A stretch of DNA of 64,000 nt from an uncultured delta proteobacterium (GTDB lineage: Bacteria; Myxococcota_A; Polyangia; Fen-1088): NCBI GenBank assembly GCA_963767925.1, contig CAVYGB010000002.1:2016001-2080000 (forward strand), written 5' to 3'. Positions within the stretch are counted from its first letter, which is position 1; each line of letters opens with the position of its first letter. The notes below the pieces were generated by a model that did no database searches, was not told the DNA's origin, and saw nothing but the letters and a program-made list of their open reading frames with translations. The translations under genes were made by a program, and so were the position numbers. Of the stretch, positions 1-8,956 are shown in pieces.

Positions 1-92
1 CGCGCCCGAGCGCGGAGCAGCAGGCAACAGACCGGGATCCTGCCCTTCCCGGATCTTCCTTGAACGACCGCGCGCGGTCTCCCGCTCGCCCG

Positions 93-255
93 TCAGAGCT
101 GGCTGCTGATCCAGGGCACCCGGGCAGCGAACCAGTCCTTCAAGATCGTGATCTCGTTCTCGTGGGCGCCCCCCTCGGGATCCATCACGGGCCAGCGGGC
201 GAAGTGGCGGCCCTGCGCCTCCCGGACCTCGGCGGCCAGCCGGTCGATCGGGCGT
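93..255 (-). pseudogene. Orphan C-terminal fragment of a CotH-kinase-like protein
   Basis: Minus-strand peptide IDRLAAEVREAQGRHFARWP...HENEITILKDWFAARVPWISSQL* resembles CotH-family C-termini; there is no room for an N-terminus before the divergent VOC gene. Confidence 0.45.
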
Positions 256-308
256 CCGGCGTGGCCCGCATGGCGACGTGGCGAGGTCCGGGATAGGCTC
301 GCCCCGCC

Positions 309-665
309 ATGCGTGAAGACGGCAAGATCGACTACCTCGAGCTGAGCGGCGCCGACCTCCCGCGCACCAAGCGCTTTTACAGCGAGGCCTTCGGCTGGCG
401 CTTCGCCGACTACGGCCCCGGCTACGCCGCCTTCGAGAACGCCGGCCTCGACGGCGGCCTGCAAGGCGAAGAGCCCGGCTCCGCCCCCGCCACCCGCCCC
501 GCCCCCCTGCCCATCCTCTTCACCCGCAACCTCGAAGCCATGATGAAGCGCATCGAGGAAGCCGGCGGCACCATCACCGTCCCCCCCTTCGACTTCCCCG
601 GCGGCCGCCGCTTCCACTTCTCCGACCCCGCCGGCAACGAGCTCGCCGTCTGGTCCGAGAGCTAG
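309..665 (+). CDS. VOC/glyoxalase family protein
   Basis: 118 aa; IDYLEL...KRFYSEAFGW and GGRRFHFSDPAGNELAVW motifs. Confidence 0.9.
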   Translation: MREDGKIDYLELSGADLPRTKRFYSEAFGWRFADYGPGYAAFENAGLDGGLQGEEPGSAPATRPAPLPILFTRNLEAMMKRIEEAGGTITVPPFDFPGGRRFHFSDPAGNELAVWSES

Positions 666-825
666 TGCACCGCTCTCGAAATATCGTCAAGGCTGCGCCG
701 ACGATCCTGCGCCCCCGCTTCGTCGCTCCTCCTCGGAATAGGCCGGATATTCGTCGTCGTCGCGCCTCGCGGGGCCGCAGGCTTGTCGCCGCCTGATTGA
801 CGCTACTTCGAAGGCGGTGCACCAG
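662..825. repeat. ~160-bp long-hairpin REP/MITE-like element
   Basis: Termini GTGCACCGCTCTCGAAATATCGTCAA / TTGACGCTACTTCGAAGGCGGTGCAC are imperfect inverted repeats with nested inner arms (CCTGCG..CCCCGC / GCGGGGCCGCAGG); partial copy of the left end at ~944-966. Confidence 0.7.
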
Positions 826-983
826 CTCCCGACCTGTCCACCCGCGCACCCGCCGCCCTCTCCCCGCCGCCGCCTGCGAGAGTAAGCCGAGGTCCCTTTC
901 GCCGACTCGGACGCCCTCAACCGGTGCCCGGTAGCCCCGGCTCGTGCACCGTCAAAATATCGTCGAGCTTCCGCCAAGCCTAC

Positions 984-1210
984 CTGCTCTGTCTCTGTCT
1001 CTGCTCCTCTGTCTCTGTCTCTGTCTCTGTCTCTGTCTCTGTCTCTGAAAACGCGAAGCTGAGTAGCAGTTGGGGCTGTGGGTATGTGGGCAAACGCGTC
1101 TGCGCGTTTGTCCAAGGGCTGTGGGCAGTCTGCTGTCCACAGCCCGGCATACCCATAGCCCACCCCAACCCCAGCGCCGCGCCTTCCGCCCATCCGGCGC
1201 ATACCTCCCG
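984..1210. repeat. Left inverted repeat of the transposase locus with (TCTCTG)n microsatellite
   Basis: Microsatellite ~984-1047, then a ~165-bp sequence that is the reverse complement of ~2113-2295. Confidence 0.9.
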
Positions 1211-1301
1211 CGCGAGGCCCGCCCGCAGACGCTCAGCCGTCCGATTCCCCTGAACGCCGCCGCCCCGGGTTCGTCGGAGCCGGACGTTCGCGCTTGAAAT
1301 C

Positions 1302-2012
1302 ATGCCGCGCCCGATATACTATTGCCTCATTCAAATGAAGAGCTGTCGAGGTCCCACTCAGCTCGATTTGCCCCGGACGTCGGGGTGGGGTGGGCGGCGG
1401 AAGGGGGCCGGGCGGCCTCCGATTCCCGGGCCGAGGCGACCGGCGCCGCATCGGGCGCGGGCGCCCCACAAAGGCGCCCATCCGCTGCACGTGACCCTGC
1501 GGGCCAGGGCGGGGTTGGTCTCGCTGCGGAGCAAGCGGGTCTTCAGAACGTTGCGGGACTGCTTTCGAGCCTCGAGCTCCGGGGTCTTCCGGGTCGTGCA
1601 GTTCTCGGTGCAGGCCGACCACGTGCACTTGCTGGTGGAGGCGGAGGACAAGGCGGCGCTGTCTTCCGGGGCGCGGGGGCTGGTGATCCGGAGCGCGCTG
1701 GCGATCAACCGGGTGTGCAACCGCGCCGGGCGGGTCTGGGGGGACCGGTATCACGCGCGCGACCTGACGACACCACGGGAGGTACGCACCGCACTCGTAT
1801 ACGTTCTCATGAACCACAAGAAACATGGCCTGCGCGACCGCGGCCACATCGACCCTTGCTCCTCGGCCCCGTGGTTCGATGGGTTCCGCGTCCCGCTCCC
1901 GCCGTCCACCGATCCCCCGGTCACCAGCTTCCCTCGCACCTGGCTCGCCACCGTGGGCTGGCGCCGCCACGGCCTGCTCGACCCCACCGAGTCCCCCAAG
2001 ACCCTTCAGTGA
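1302..2012 (+). mobile_element. REP-associated tyrosine transposase-like (Y1/HUH, IS200 superfamily)
   Basis: 236 aa; PLHVTLR, HUH motif FSVQADHVHLLVEA, candidate catalytic Tyr in ALVYVLMN, N-terminal GWGGRRKGAGR; no tnpB adjacent. Confidence 0.85.
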
Positions 2013-2112
2013 GCGCGCGGTCTGTGCCGCGTGCGGGACGAGGGAAGGGGAAGCGGCGCGCGGACCTCAGGGGCAAGGTGGCTGTGGGGGAGGGGGAGGT
2101 CGCAACCTCGGT

Positions 2113-2497
2113 GGGTGGGCGTGCGCCGGATGGGGGAAGGGCGGCGCTGGGGTAGGGGTGGGCTGTGGACATGCCGGGCTGTGGACAGCAGACTGCCCAC
2201 AGCCCTTGGACAAACGCGCAGAGCGGACGCGCAGACGCGCGGACGCGTTTGCCCACATGCCCACAGCCCCAACTGCTACTTAGCTTCGCGTTTTCAGAGG
2301 CAGAGGCAGAAGCAGAGGCAGAGGCAGAGGCAGAGGCAGAGGCAGAAGCAGAGGCAGAGGCAGAGGCAGAGGCAGAGGCAGAGGCAGAGGCAGAGGCAGA
2401 GGCAGAGGCAGAGGCAGAGGCAGAGGCAGAGGCAGAGGCAGCAGCAGAGGCAGAAGCAGCAGCAGAGGCAGAGGCAGAGGCAGAGGCAGAGACAGAG
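2113..2497. repeat. Right inverted repeat of the transposase locus with (GAGGCA)n microsatellite
   Basis: ~2113-2295 mirrors ~1047-1210 with a short internal expansion; 2295-2497 is ~33 copies of GAGGCA/GAAGCA/GCAGCA. Confidence 0.9.
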
Positions 2498-2577
2498 CCA
2501 GTCTGTTGCAGCGAACGGAAAGATGGCCGGGGTTGCTCGCTGCGCTCGGGACCCGGCGTCAGAAAATAGCCTGCAGC

Positions 2578-2795
2578 CTGGCTGCGCTCGGGGACCTGGC
2601 TGCGCTCGGGGACCTGGCTGCGCTCGGGGACCTGGCTGCGCTCGGGGACCTGGCTGCGCTCGAGGACCTGGCTGCGCTCGGGGACCTGGCTGCGCTCGGG
2701 GACCTGGCTGCGATCGAGGACCTGGCTGCGATCGAGGACCTGGCTGCGATCGAGGACCTGGCTGCGCTCGAGGACCTGCGCTGCGTTCGAGGACC
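2578..2795. repeat. 18-bp tandem repeat (11 copies plus 1 degenerate) between two REP-like units
   Basis: Unit CTGGCTGCG(C/A)TCG(G/A)GGAC, no spacers; flanked by GCCGGGGTT(G/C)CTC(G/C)CTGCGCT(C/G)GGGACCCGG-like units at 2526-2557 and 2810-2843. Confidence 0.9.
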
Positions 2796-2849
2796 CCTCG
2801 GCAGAAATAGCCGGGGTTCCCTCCCTGCGCTGGGGGACCCGGGTGGGGG

Positions 2850-3221
2850 TCAGGGTTTGAAGTTTTGTTCGGCGATGGACCAGTCGCGGCGGCCGTAGGG
2901 GCGGGCCATCCACTGGGCGACGACCGAGGTGCAGTCGTCGCGGCCGGGGCGGCGGCTGTTTTCGAGGACGGCGAAGCGGTCGGGGGTGATGCGCTCGTCG
3001 AGGAAGATGGGCTGATTCTCGGCTTTCCACTGCTCCTGGAGCGCGGCGATGGCCTCGTCGGGGCCGGCGGCCTCGATCTTGGCGTTCTGCTGCGGCCAGA
3101 TGCCGAGCGGCTGCAGGACTTTGCCCTTCTCGTCGAGCAGGTCGGGCGGTGGCTCCTCGGAGACGCCGTCGACCTGACCGGGCGCGAACTCGAAACAGAC
3201 CCTCACCTCGAACTTGGGCAT
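2850..3221 (-). CDS. Hypothetical protein
   Basis: 123 aa, GAGGAGG RBS upstream, typical GC3-rich codon use. Confidence 0.7.
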   Translation of the reverse strand: MPKFEVRVCFEFAPGQVDGVSEEPPPDLLDEKGKVLQPLGIWPQQNAKIEAAGPDEAIAALQEQWKAENQPIFLDERITPDRFAVLENSRRPGRDDCTSVVAQWMARPYGRRDWSIAEQNFKP

Positions 3222-3410
3222 CGGAACGGACCTCCTCGCTGCTGCGTGCGAGCGTAGGATATTCGACCCGGCGAGGCGAGCCTCGTCATCACAAAACGCT
3301 GCACCACGCGGTCGAGGGGAGCGAGTAAAATGGTCAGCCCGGCTGACCAGAATCCGATCATCGGGGACGCGCCGGTGGTGTCTTCCGCTGGCAACGTGAA
3401 GGAGGCTCAG

Positions 3411-4070
3411 ATGCGCGCGCGCGACTCGAAGGTGGGATGGCTGTCGCTGTTACCGTCGCTGGTGCTGGGGGTGGCGGCGCTGGCGGCCGGAGGGATGGCC
3501 TGCCAGGAGGACGAGCCCCCGACGTTCTCGACCGGGGTGGATCGAGACAAGCCGCTCGGGACGGTCGACGGCCCGGAGGCCCAGGCGGTCTGCACCGCCA
3601 CTCGGGCCTGGACCCGGGAGGCGATCGCCCAGGAGAAGCAGCAGCAGCTCACCTGCCGGGTCACCGCCACTCTGGCCGCCGCGCTGGGGGCCGGGCTGGG
3701 CGGTGGGGGGACGCCCGGGGCGGGCGGCGTGCCCAGCGATGCCCAGCTCCGGATGACCTGCCAGGTGGCCTACGACCGCTGCCTGCTGGCGCCGGCCGCG
3801 ACCGAGTTGGGGCCGCCGACCTGCCAGGCCTTCCCGGCCGGCTGTACCGCCACGGTCGGCGAATACGAGGCCTGCCTGACCGACATCCCGCCCTTCGTCG
3901 ACAGCACGCTGACCACGCTGCCGAGCTGCGAGTCGCTCAGCCTCGTCGCCATCTTGTCCCTGGCCAACCTCACCAACACGCTGCCCGAGACCTGCAAGAC
4001 CTTCCAGAGCAAGTGCCGGGGCGCCGCCATCGGCGGCCTCCCCCCGGTCGGCGCCCCCGCGGCGCCCTGA
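3411..4070 (+). CDS. Cys-rich lipoprotein, hypothetical
   Basis: AAGGAGG RBS before ATG 3411; hydrophobic signal ending GGMAC; multiple spaced Cys. Confidence 0.75.
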   Translation: MRARDSKVGWLSLLPSLVLGVAALAAGGMACQEDEPPTFSTGVDRDKPLGTVDGPEAQAVCTATRAWTREAIAQEKQQQLTCRVTATLAAALGAGLGGGGTPGAGGVPSDAQLRMTCQVAYDRCLLAPAATELGPPTCQAFPAGCTATVGEYEACLTDIPPFVDSTLTTLPSCESLSLVAILSLANLTNTLPETCKTFQSKCRGAAIGGLPPVGAPAAP

Positions 4071-4153
4071 ACCGCCTGCAGTCGGGGTGCCGCGCCCCGC
4101 GGGGGGTGAAGAGCAGAGCGGTGGCCCGCTCCGGCGTCTGGTCAGGGCGACCA

Positions 4154-4206
4154 CCCCTCACCCTTCCCTCTCCCCACGTCCGCAGACGGCCGCGGGGCGA
4201 GGGCAA
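4154..4206. repeat. REP-type palindrome (CCCCTCACCC...CTCTCCCC...GGGGCGAGGG family)
   Basis: Same family as the copies at 25574, 28921, 29045, 38651 and 38850. Confidence 0.7.
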
Positions 4207-4282
4207 ATGGGCAGCGAGGGGCCACAATCTCGGTGAATGCCCCGACTGATCGGCCGCTCGGATGAAGACGCCGGGGGGGGGG

Positions 4283-4370
4283 CGGCGCTTGCAGAACAGA
4301 ACAGAAAGTCGGGTTACCGCGCTCGGCGCTTGCAGAACAGAACAGAAAGTCGGGTTACCGCGCTCGGCGC
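4283..4370. repeat. 41-bp tandem duplication
   Basis: CGGCGCTTGCAGAACAGAACAGAAAGTCGGGTTACCGCGCT x2, preceded by a G10 run. Confidence 0.9.
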
Positions 4371-4380
4371 GGGGGCCCGA

Positions 4381-4740
4381 CTAGAAGCTCTTACCGTCTA
4401 CCTGCTTGACCGTGAGCTTGTTGATGTCGACGTCGTCGAGGCAGCGGGTGTTGATCGCCACCATGGGGCCGGTCTTGCCGGTGCCGCGGGCGAAGGACTT
4501 GACCCCGCAGGTGGTGCAGAACAGGTGGTGGATGTTCTTCCGGTTGAACTGGTAGTCCTTCAGGTCGGCTTCGCCCGACAGGAGCTTGAACTGCGTGGGC
4601 GGGACGAACTGGAGCAAGGTGCCGGTGCGCCCGCACATCGAGCAGTTGCAGGACAGGACGGGCACGCCGAGGTCGAGCTCGACCTCGTAGCGGACCTTGC
4701 CACAGTGACAGCCGCCGGTCTGTCTCGTCAGATCGCTCAT
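4381..4740 (-). CDS. GFA (glutathione-dependent formaldehyde-activating)/CENP-V family protein
   Basis: GGCHCG, CNCSMC and FCTTCG zinc motifs. Confidence 0.92.
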   Translation of the reverse strand: MSDLTRQTGGCHCGKVRYEVELDLGVPVLSCNCSMCGRTGTLLQFVPPTQFKLLSGEADLKDYQFNRKNIHHLFCTTCGVKSFARGTGKTGPMVAINTRCLDDVDINKLTVKQVDGKSF

Positions 4741-4859
4741 GGGACGAAAAGATAGAGCAATCCCGGGCGGGAATCCGCCGAGATTGCTCTCATCTCTCCG
4801 TCGCTCGTTCCCGGGTGTCGCCGCCGGATGCCGGGGCTATGCGGGTCGGGCGGTGATCG

Positions 4860-5567
4860 TTACTGGGGGGTGGAGCTGGGGGGCGTGATGCCCGGGATGG
4901 GGTTCGCCTGCATGGGCGACTCCCGCGCGAGCAGACCCTGCAGGGCCGCCAGCCGGATCAGCTCGACCGGGGAACGGACCCCGAGCTTCCGGTTGATGTG
5001 CGTGCGGTGGGTCTCCACCGTCTTCACGCTGATGCACAGCGAGTCGGCGATGGCCTGCGACGAGTGGCCCTGGATGATCCGGCAGAAGACCTCCCGCTCG
5101 CGGTGCGAGAGGCGGCCCAGGCCGGTGGCGCCGTTGGCCTGCTTGCGCGGGCTGCGCCGATCGCCAGAGGGAAGATCGCCGGCGAGCTGCGGGCTCACGT
5201 AGGTCTCGCCCCGGGCTGCCGTCTGCATCGCCGTGACGATCTCACCCAGCGACTGCTCCTTGAGGGCGTAGGCCACGACTCCGGCGTCGAGGGCGTCGCT
5301 CAGGAACAGGGGGTTGCTATAGGTGGTCAGGAGCATCATGCGGACGGGGACGCGACGGCGCCGCAGCTCGCGAGCCGCGGAGATGCTGTCGGTGTCCTTG
5401 AGCATGAGCTCGGAGATCACCAGGTCGGGTTTTTCGGTTTCGATCAGCGAGTAGAGCTGTCGCGCGCTGTCCGTCTCGCCGACGACAGCGATCGAGGCTT
5501 CATGCCAGAGCGCCAGCCGGAAGGTGTCACGGAAGACTCGCTGCTCGTCCACGAGTATCACTCTCAT
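4860..5567 (-). CDS. NarL/LuxR-family response regulator, atypical receiver
   Basis: REC plus LuxR HTH (LSHREREV...ISVKTVETHRTHINRKL); phospho-site reads ISEL instead of ..DL. Confidence 0.9.
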   Translation of the reverse strand: MRVILVDEQRVFRDTFRLALWHEASIAVVGETDSARQLYSLIETEKPDLVISELMLKDTDSISAARELRRRRVPVRMMLLTTYSNPLFLSDALDAGVVAYALKEQSLGEIVTAMQTAARGETYVSPQLAGDLPSGDRRSPRKQANGATGLGRLSHREREVFCRIIQGHSSQAIADSLCISVKTVETHRTHINRKLGVRSPVELIRLAALQGLLARESPMQANPIPGITPPSSTPQ

Positions 5568-5772
5568 GGGCAGCAACGTGGGTACTGGCGGGGATGAAAA
5601 CCAGGGGTAATCGGTTTTTTTGTAGTTCTACGTAACGCACGGCGGAAACTCTGACGGCACCCGATGGACAGGTTCCCCATGCCGCCCCACGTTCGAAGCC
5701 GAGCTCGCAGTTGGGCTCGTTTTCGGTGACATCGGTGACATCGGTCCCCGACCCTTTCCAAGGAGGAGCGCG

Positions 5773-6243
5773 ATGAGGATCTCGAAACCAGAAGGCCTGT
5801 TGGTGGTGTTGGGCGGCGCAGCGGCGCTCGCCTTGCTGGGCTGTGATTCCGACCGGGACCCGCAGCTGCGGATCGTCAGCCCGGCCGCCGGTGAGACCAT
5901 CACCATGACCGACGACATGAAGATCACCGTCGTCATCTCGGCGAACGACTTTTCCATCAAGTCGCCCACCGAATGTGGCACGGACGCCCGCTGTGGGGTG
6001 GCCTACCTGAATATCGACGGCGACGCCTGCAACCAGCCCGGCAAGCCGTACAACAACGTCCTGGCCGACGGCCGCTTCGGCCAGGACTTCGTGGTCGAGG
6101 GCCTGTTCCAGTATTGCGCGCCCACCCAGAGATTCGGGACGCACAACGTGACGGTCTCCCTCCGCAAGCCAGACGGCAGCGCCGTGACGGGCGAGGGTGG
6201 CGAGCCGGCCGCGGCGACCATCTCGCTCGTCACCCGGATGTAG
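5773..6243 (+). CDS. Lipoprotein, hypothetical (beta-rich)
   Basis: AGGAGGAG RBS; lipobox LLGC; two Cys pairs. Confidence 0.75.
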   Translation: MRISKPEGLLVVLGGAAALALLGCDSDRDPQLRIVSPAAGETITMTDDMKITVVISANDFSIKSPTECGTDARCGVAYLNIDGDACNQPGKPYNNVLADGRFGQDFVVEGLFQYCAPTQRFGTHNVTVSLRKPDGSAVTGEGGEPAAATISLVTRM

Positions 6244-6422
6244 CGCCCGGAGCCCGTGGTCACTGCCCGGTGACGATTGTTACCGGGCGGTGCCCGGTCT
6301 CGGGGGTGGAACCCCCAAATTCGGCGGTCCGGGCCGGGCTCGCGCCAGGCACACCGCTTGAAGCTCCCGACGCGAACGGGGTCCTTCCGGATCCCGACCA
6401 CCACTTTGAGTAGGAGGAGACG

Positions 6423-6653
6423 ATGAAGGTCAAGGACTTCAACAAGCAGCGCCTGCTCGAGGCGCTTGGCCTCGAGGAGCGTTCCAGCGGTTTTTCCGTC
6501 CTGATGGGCACCCTGGGCACCTTCGCCCTGGGCGCGCTGGTCGGGGCGAGCGTGGGCTTGCTGTCGGCCCCCCGGCCGGGCCGCGAGCTGCGCGGCAAGC
6601 TGAAGAAACAGCTCGACCGTCAGATCGCGGACATCGAGCAGCGTATAAGCTGA
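6423..6653 (+). CDS. YtxH-like small membrane protein
   Basis: FALGALVGASVGLLSAPRPGRELR motif; AGGAGGA RBS. Confidence 0.8.
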   Translation: MKVKDFNKQRLLEALGLEERSSGFSVLMGTLGTFALGALVGASVGLLSAPRPGRELRGKLKKQLDRQIADIEQRIS

Positions 6654-6711
6654 TCCGTGGCGGAAGGGTGGGGGGCTGCGGCCCCCTCTCCATTCGCTCC
6701 GTTCCCCGACC

Positions 6712-7113
6712 ATGGACAAGCAGCTCGTCAAGACGCCCGAGAAGACTCCGGCCCTGCGAGAGGATCTCGCCCGCCTGAGCACCCCCCAGCTCATCGCCCG
6801 GCTGGCCCAGGATGCGCAGAGCCTGGTCAAGGCCGAGATCGAGCTCGGCAAGGGCGAGCTGCGCCAGACCCTGGCCGGCGCCCTGGCCGCCGTCCGCCGG
6901 ATGGCCGCCGGTGTCTTCCTCGCCCTGCTGGCGGTCGGCCTGTTCGTGACCGGCACGGTGCTCGCGCTGGCTCAGGTGATGCCCGCCTGGGCGGCGGCCT
7001 TCAGCGTCGGCGGCGCCCTGACCCTGGCCAGCCTGATCGCGTTTTCAATGGCCCGCGCCGCCCGCCGCAAGCCCCCGAGCAACGGCGTCCCCTCCGACCC
7101 GCCGCCGCCCTGA
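6712..7113 (+). CDS. Phage-holin-like (superfamily III / YqjE-like) membrane protein
   Basis: LVKAEIELGKGEL helix followed by two TM segments; commonly paired with YtxH-like genes. Confidence 0.75.
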   Translation: MDKQLVKTPEKTPALREDLARLSTPQLIARLAQDAQSLVKAEIELGKGELRQTLAGALAAVRRMAAGVFLALLAVGLFVTGTVLALAQVMPAWAAAFSVGGALTLASLIAFSMARAARRKPPSNGVPSDPPPP

Positions 7114-7132
7114 GGCGGGTGACGGACGTCCC

Positions 7133-8956
7133 CTACGGGCGCACGGCGCGCTCGAGCTGCAGCAGGGTGGGGCCGAGCTCCGTGCGGAGCAGCTCGTCGA
7201 GGTGCCAGAAGTGGAGCTGGCGGTCCTGCTCGTAGAACCAGCCGAGCACGAGGACGAGCAGATCGATGCAGGTGCGCGGGCAGCGCCAGCGCTGGCTGGC
7301 CTGCACCGGTCCGCAGGCCGCGTCGGCCTCGTCGAGGAAGCGGGTCAGCGCCTCGGTGAGGGCGATCATGCCCAGCATCACCCGCTGGGCCAGGTTGACC
7401 GCCAGGGTGGGCGGGTCGGCGGGGCTGAGCGGGGGCCGGGTCATGCGGGTCTCGAACACCGGCAAAAACTCGATCGCGATCGCCTCCAGGGCCACCGAGA
7501 CCGCCTCGGCCAGCCCGTCCCGCGAGACCCCGGCGGCGGCCAGCTCGGCGGTGAGGCGGCGGGCCTCCGAGGGGGCGTCGAGCAGCCGGCGGTAGGGGCG
7601 GGTGGCGGCCCGCAGCAGGCTCTGGGTGTCGCGCAGGCTGAGGTCGGTCTTGAGGGGGGCCTCGGGCAGCAGCGAGGAGGTGGGCAGGGGCGGGTCGGCG
7701 GGGCCCCGGCGGCGCACGTATTTGTGCTCGACCAGGTCGGCCAGCGCCTCGGCCACCACGACGTTGAGGGCCAGGCGGATCCGGCCGCGCAGGTCGTTGC
7801 GCACGACCCGGCCGAGGATGTCCCGGTCGATCGTCACCCCCTCGTTCCCGGGGACGAAGGCGTCGCGCAGCACCGGGCCCGGGTCGCTGCCGGCGTCGGC
7901 GAAGCGGTTGCCGCTGGCCGGGGTGACCGGGTCGCGCAGCTCGATCAGGCGGGCGTAGGACCACTCGAAGTCGCACAGCGATTCTTCCCAGCCGTGGCCC
8001 CACAGGTCGTGTACGAGGAACAGCTCCGCCTTCTGGGCGGGGATGAGGGTGACCATGGTGGCGAGCGTCTCGGCCACCACCCGCGGGCGCACCCCCTCGA
8101 ACCCGCGCAGGGAGGCCGCCGCCCGGGTCAGCTCGTCGAGCAGGGCGCTGTCGACCTCCTCCCGCTCGTACAGGCCGAACCCGGGGAAGCGCAGGCTCTC
8201 CAACGAGCCCTGCTGCTTCTCCACCCGGGCCAGGAACTGGGTGATGGCGGTGCGCTCGGCCTCGGGGCGGGCCGGGAAATCCGGGCGCAGCAAGGTGCTG
8301 CCCTCGAAGGGCAGGCCGAAGATCAGCGCCGTGCTGGTCAGCGTGAGGGTGACGTCGCCCGCGCGCAGGGGCAGGGGTCCGAACAGGCGGCGGAACAGGG
8401 CCAGCACCTGGGCGGCGAGCTGGGGCGAGCCGGCGGCGGCGTCCACCTCCCGGTGCAGCCGGGCGGTCAGCGTCTGCTTGAGGCGGAGGTTGGACGTCCG
8501 GCTCTGCAGGGCGCTCTCCAGGCGGGACAGCTCGGGCGAGTCCCAGCCGAAGCAGCGCTGGAGGGCGTTGCGCAGGGCCCCCCGCTCGGCCAGATCGCCC
8601 CGCAGGTCGGGCTCGAACCCGCGCAGGGTGCCGCTGCTGTGCCCGTCGACCAGGACGCGCCCGCCCGCCTGGGCGAAGTCGGGCCACAGCAGCGCCGCCT
8701 CGGTGAACCAGCGGATGTGCTTGTCGCTGCCGGGGGTCAAGGTCGGTGGGCTCTGGCCGGCCAGGGGGGCGGCCGCCCGCAACAGGCCGTCGACGATGGC
8801 GCCGGCCTGCCCCCGCCGGACCGAGTCGGGCGGGGCGGGCCGATCGAGCAGGGCCTCCAGCTCGGCCAGCCCGTCGAGCAGCGGGCGCCAGGTGCCGGGG
8901 ACCTCCCGCTCGAAGAGGGCCGCGTCGGTCAGCGGATCGGGCGCCTTGCCGCTCAC
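7133..8956 (-). CDS. Unknown 607-aa soluble protein with possible metal-binding HDLWGH...E motif
   Basis: GTG start overlaps the ABC ATPase stop (GTGA); [13 protein letters not shown] and downstream [10 protein letters not shown]. Confidence 0.7.
   Translation of the reverse strand: MSGKAPDPLTDAALFEREVPGTWRPLLDGLAELEALLDRPAPPDSVRRGQAGAIVDGLLRAAAPLAGQSPPTLTPGSDKHIRWFTEAALLWPDFAQAGGRVLVDGHSSGTLRGFEPDLRGDLAERGALRNALQRCFGWDSPELSRLESALQSRTSNLRLKQTLTARLHREVDAAAGSPQLAAQVLALFRRLFGPLPLRAGDVTLTLTSTALIFGLPFEGSTLLRPDFPARPEAERTAITQFLARVEKQQGSLESLRFPGFGLYEREEVDSALLDELTRAAASLRGFEGVRPRVVAETLATMVTLIPAQKAELFLVHDLWGHGWEESLCDFEWSYARLIELRDPVTPASGNRFADAGSDPGPVLRDAFVPGNEGVTIDRDILGRVVRNDLRGRIRLALNVVVAEALADLVEHKYVRRRGPADPPLPTSSLLPEAPLKTDLSLRDTQSLLRAATRPYRRLLDAPSEARRLTAELAAAGVSRDGLAEAVSVALEAIAIEFLPVFETRMTRPPLSPADPPTLAVNLAQRVMLGMIALTEALTRFLDEADAACGPVQASQRWRCPRTCIDLLVLVLGWFYEQDRQLHFWHLDELLRTELGPTLLQLERAVRP

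Noticed and set aside
2578..2795. CRISPR array
   Set aside because: Repeats are head-to-tail 18-mers with no unique spacers, and there are no cas genes in the window
924..3030. ORFs encoding poly-EA, QR, SA or ET tracts
   Set aside because: They are translations of the microsatellites and tandem repeats in several frames, with no RBS or domain support
6712..7113. Prophage inferred from the holin-like gene
   Set aside because: This family is a common chromosomal membrane protein paired with YtxH; no phage structural, lysis or integrase genes nearby
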